Source: Bipalium vagum
Taxonomy: Eukaryota
Reading direction: 5' to 3'
DNA: 34,446 nucleotides
NCBI GenBank assembly: GCA_037834085.1
Contig: JBBMKC010217243.1
Location: 1 to 34,446 of the forward strand
Part shown: one piece after another, positions 33,921-34,446 of the stretch
Layout: the number at the start of each line of letters is the position of its first letter
Numbering within the stretch: position 1 is the first letter of the stretch
The notes under the pieces: model-generated
Told to the model about the DNA's origin: nothing
Database searches by the model: none
The model's input: only the letters and a program-made list of their open reading frames with translations
Translations under genes and position numbers: made by a program

Positions 33921-34372
33921 AGTTATTCTTTGATAAAAGTTTCTTTTCATAAAAATGTACAATTAATTAAATAAAGTTTTATGACATTACTGCAATACAG
34001 GCCAAAAATGATAAGAAAAATATTTTTTTACAAATTTCAATACATTTTCTGCTTTAACCATTTTTCAATCCTTGTAATCCTTATTTTCCTTTTTATATTG
34101 CCATATAAATTATTTTTTTAATATCTCTAATAATTGTGAAATATATTTCAGAGGCGTTTTGAACCCACAAAAAATGAAATGATTAAATCCCAAAAAATAT
34201 ATGAAATATTTTTCTCATAATAAATCTGTTTATTCATAAAAAAGAATTCATTAAAAGTACCATGTTTAAAACTTAAAATATTTTTCAATATCGATCCGAA
34301 AAAGCATACATTAGATCTTTTGATAATTTTTTTTATTATTAATTATAATTGACTATTATTTTTATATCAAAT

Positions 34373-34446
34373 TACAGTACCTGGCCATTGAAATAGACTC
34401 AAACAAAAAATACGTTTTTTTGACGTAAGAAATTAAACCAATTTAA
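34373..34446. mobile_element. Tc1-like left terminus running off the window
   Basis: TA|CAGTACCTGGCCATTGAAATAGAC resembles Tc1 CAGTACTGGCC.. termini. Confidence 0.45.

Noticed and set aside
1-34446. CRISPR array, rRNA/tRNA or prokaryotic defence operon
   Set aside because: No regularly spaced repeats or RNA-gene signatures were seen, and the gene structure is spliceosomal and eukaryotic.

Overview
This is very AT-rich eukaryotic DNA, not prokaryotic. Kringle, FN3, C-type lectin and Ig-like domains, a cadherin-like motif and the motile-cilia gene CCDC151/ODAD3 point to an animal. The 40-60 bp introns and many mariner relics fit a planarian-like lophotrochozoan (inference only). The ORF track fragments the genes, so I spliced them by hand. 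The main result is one 17-exon plus-strand gene (4127-15791, about 1048 aa): signal peptide, several FN3 repeats with an embedded kringle, one TM helix and a ~30 aa tail with no catalytic domain. Its large introns hold Tc1/mariner relics and decayed antisense coding sequence. Other genes are a secreted C-type lectin + PAN/apple protein, an intronless HTH protein without a transposase core, an Ig-like single-pass protein, a small TM protein and the last two exons of CCDC151. Mobile DNA includes a degenerate Ty3/gypsy element, several Tc1/mariner relics, a MITE and a Chapaev3-like transposon. The Chapaev3-like element is split by a ~1.6 kb insert carrying hairpins, a TATA box and a spliced orphan ORF. 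No rRNA, tRNA or CRISPR was seen. All family calls come from motif recognition; no searches were run.
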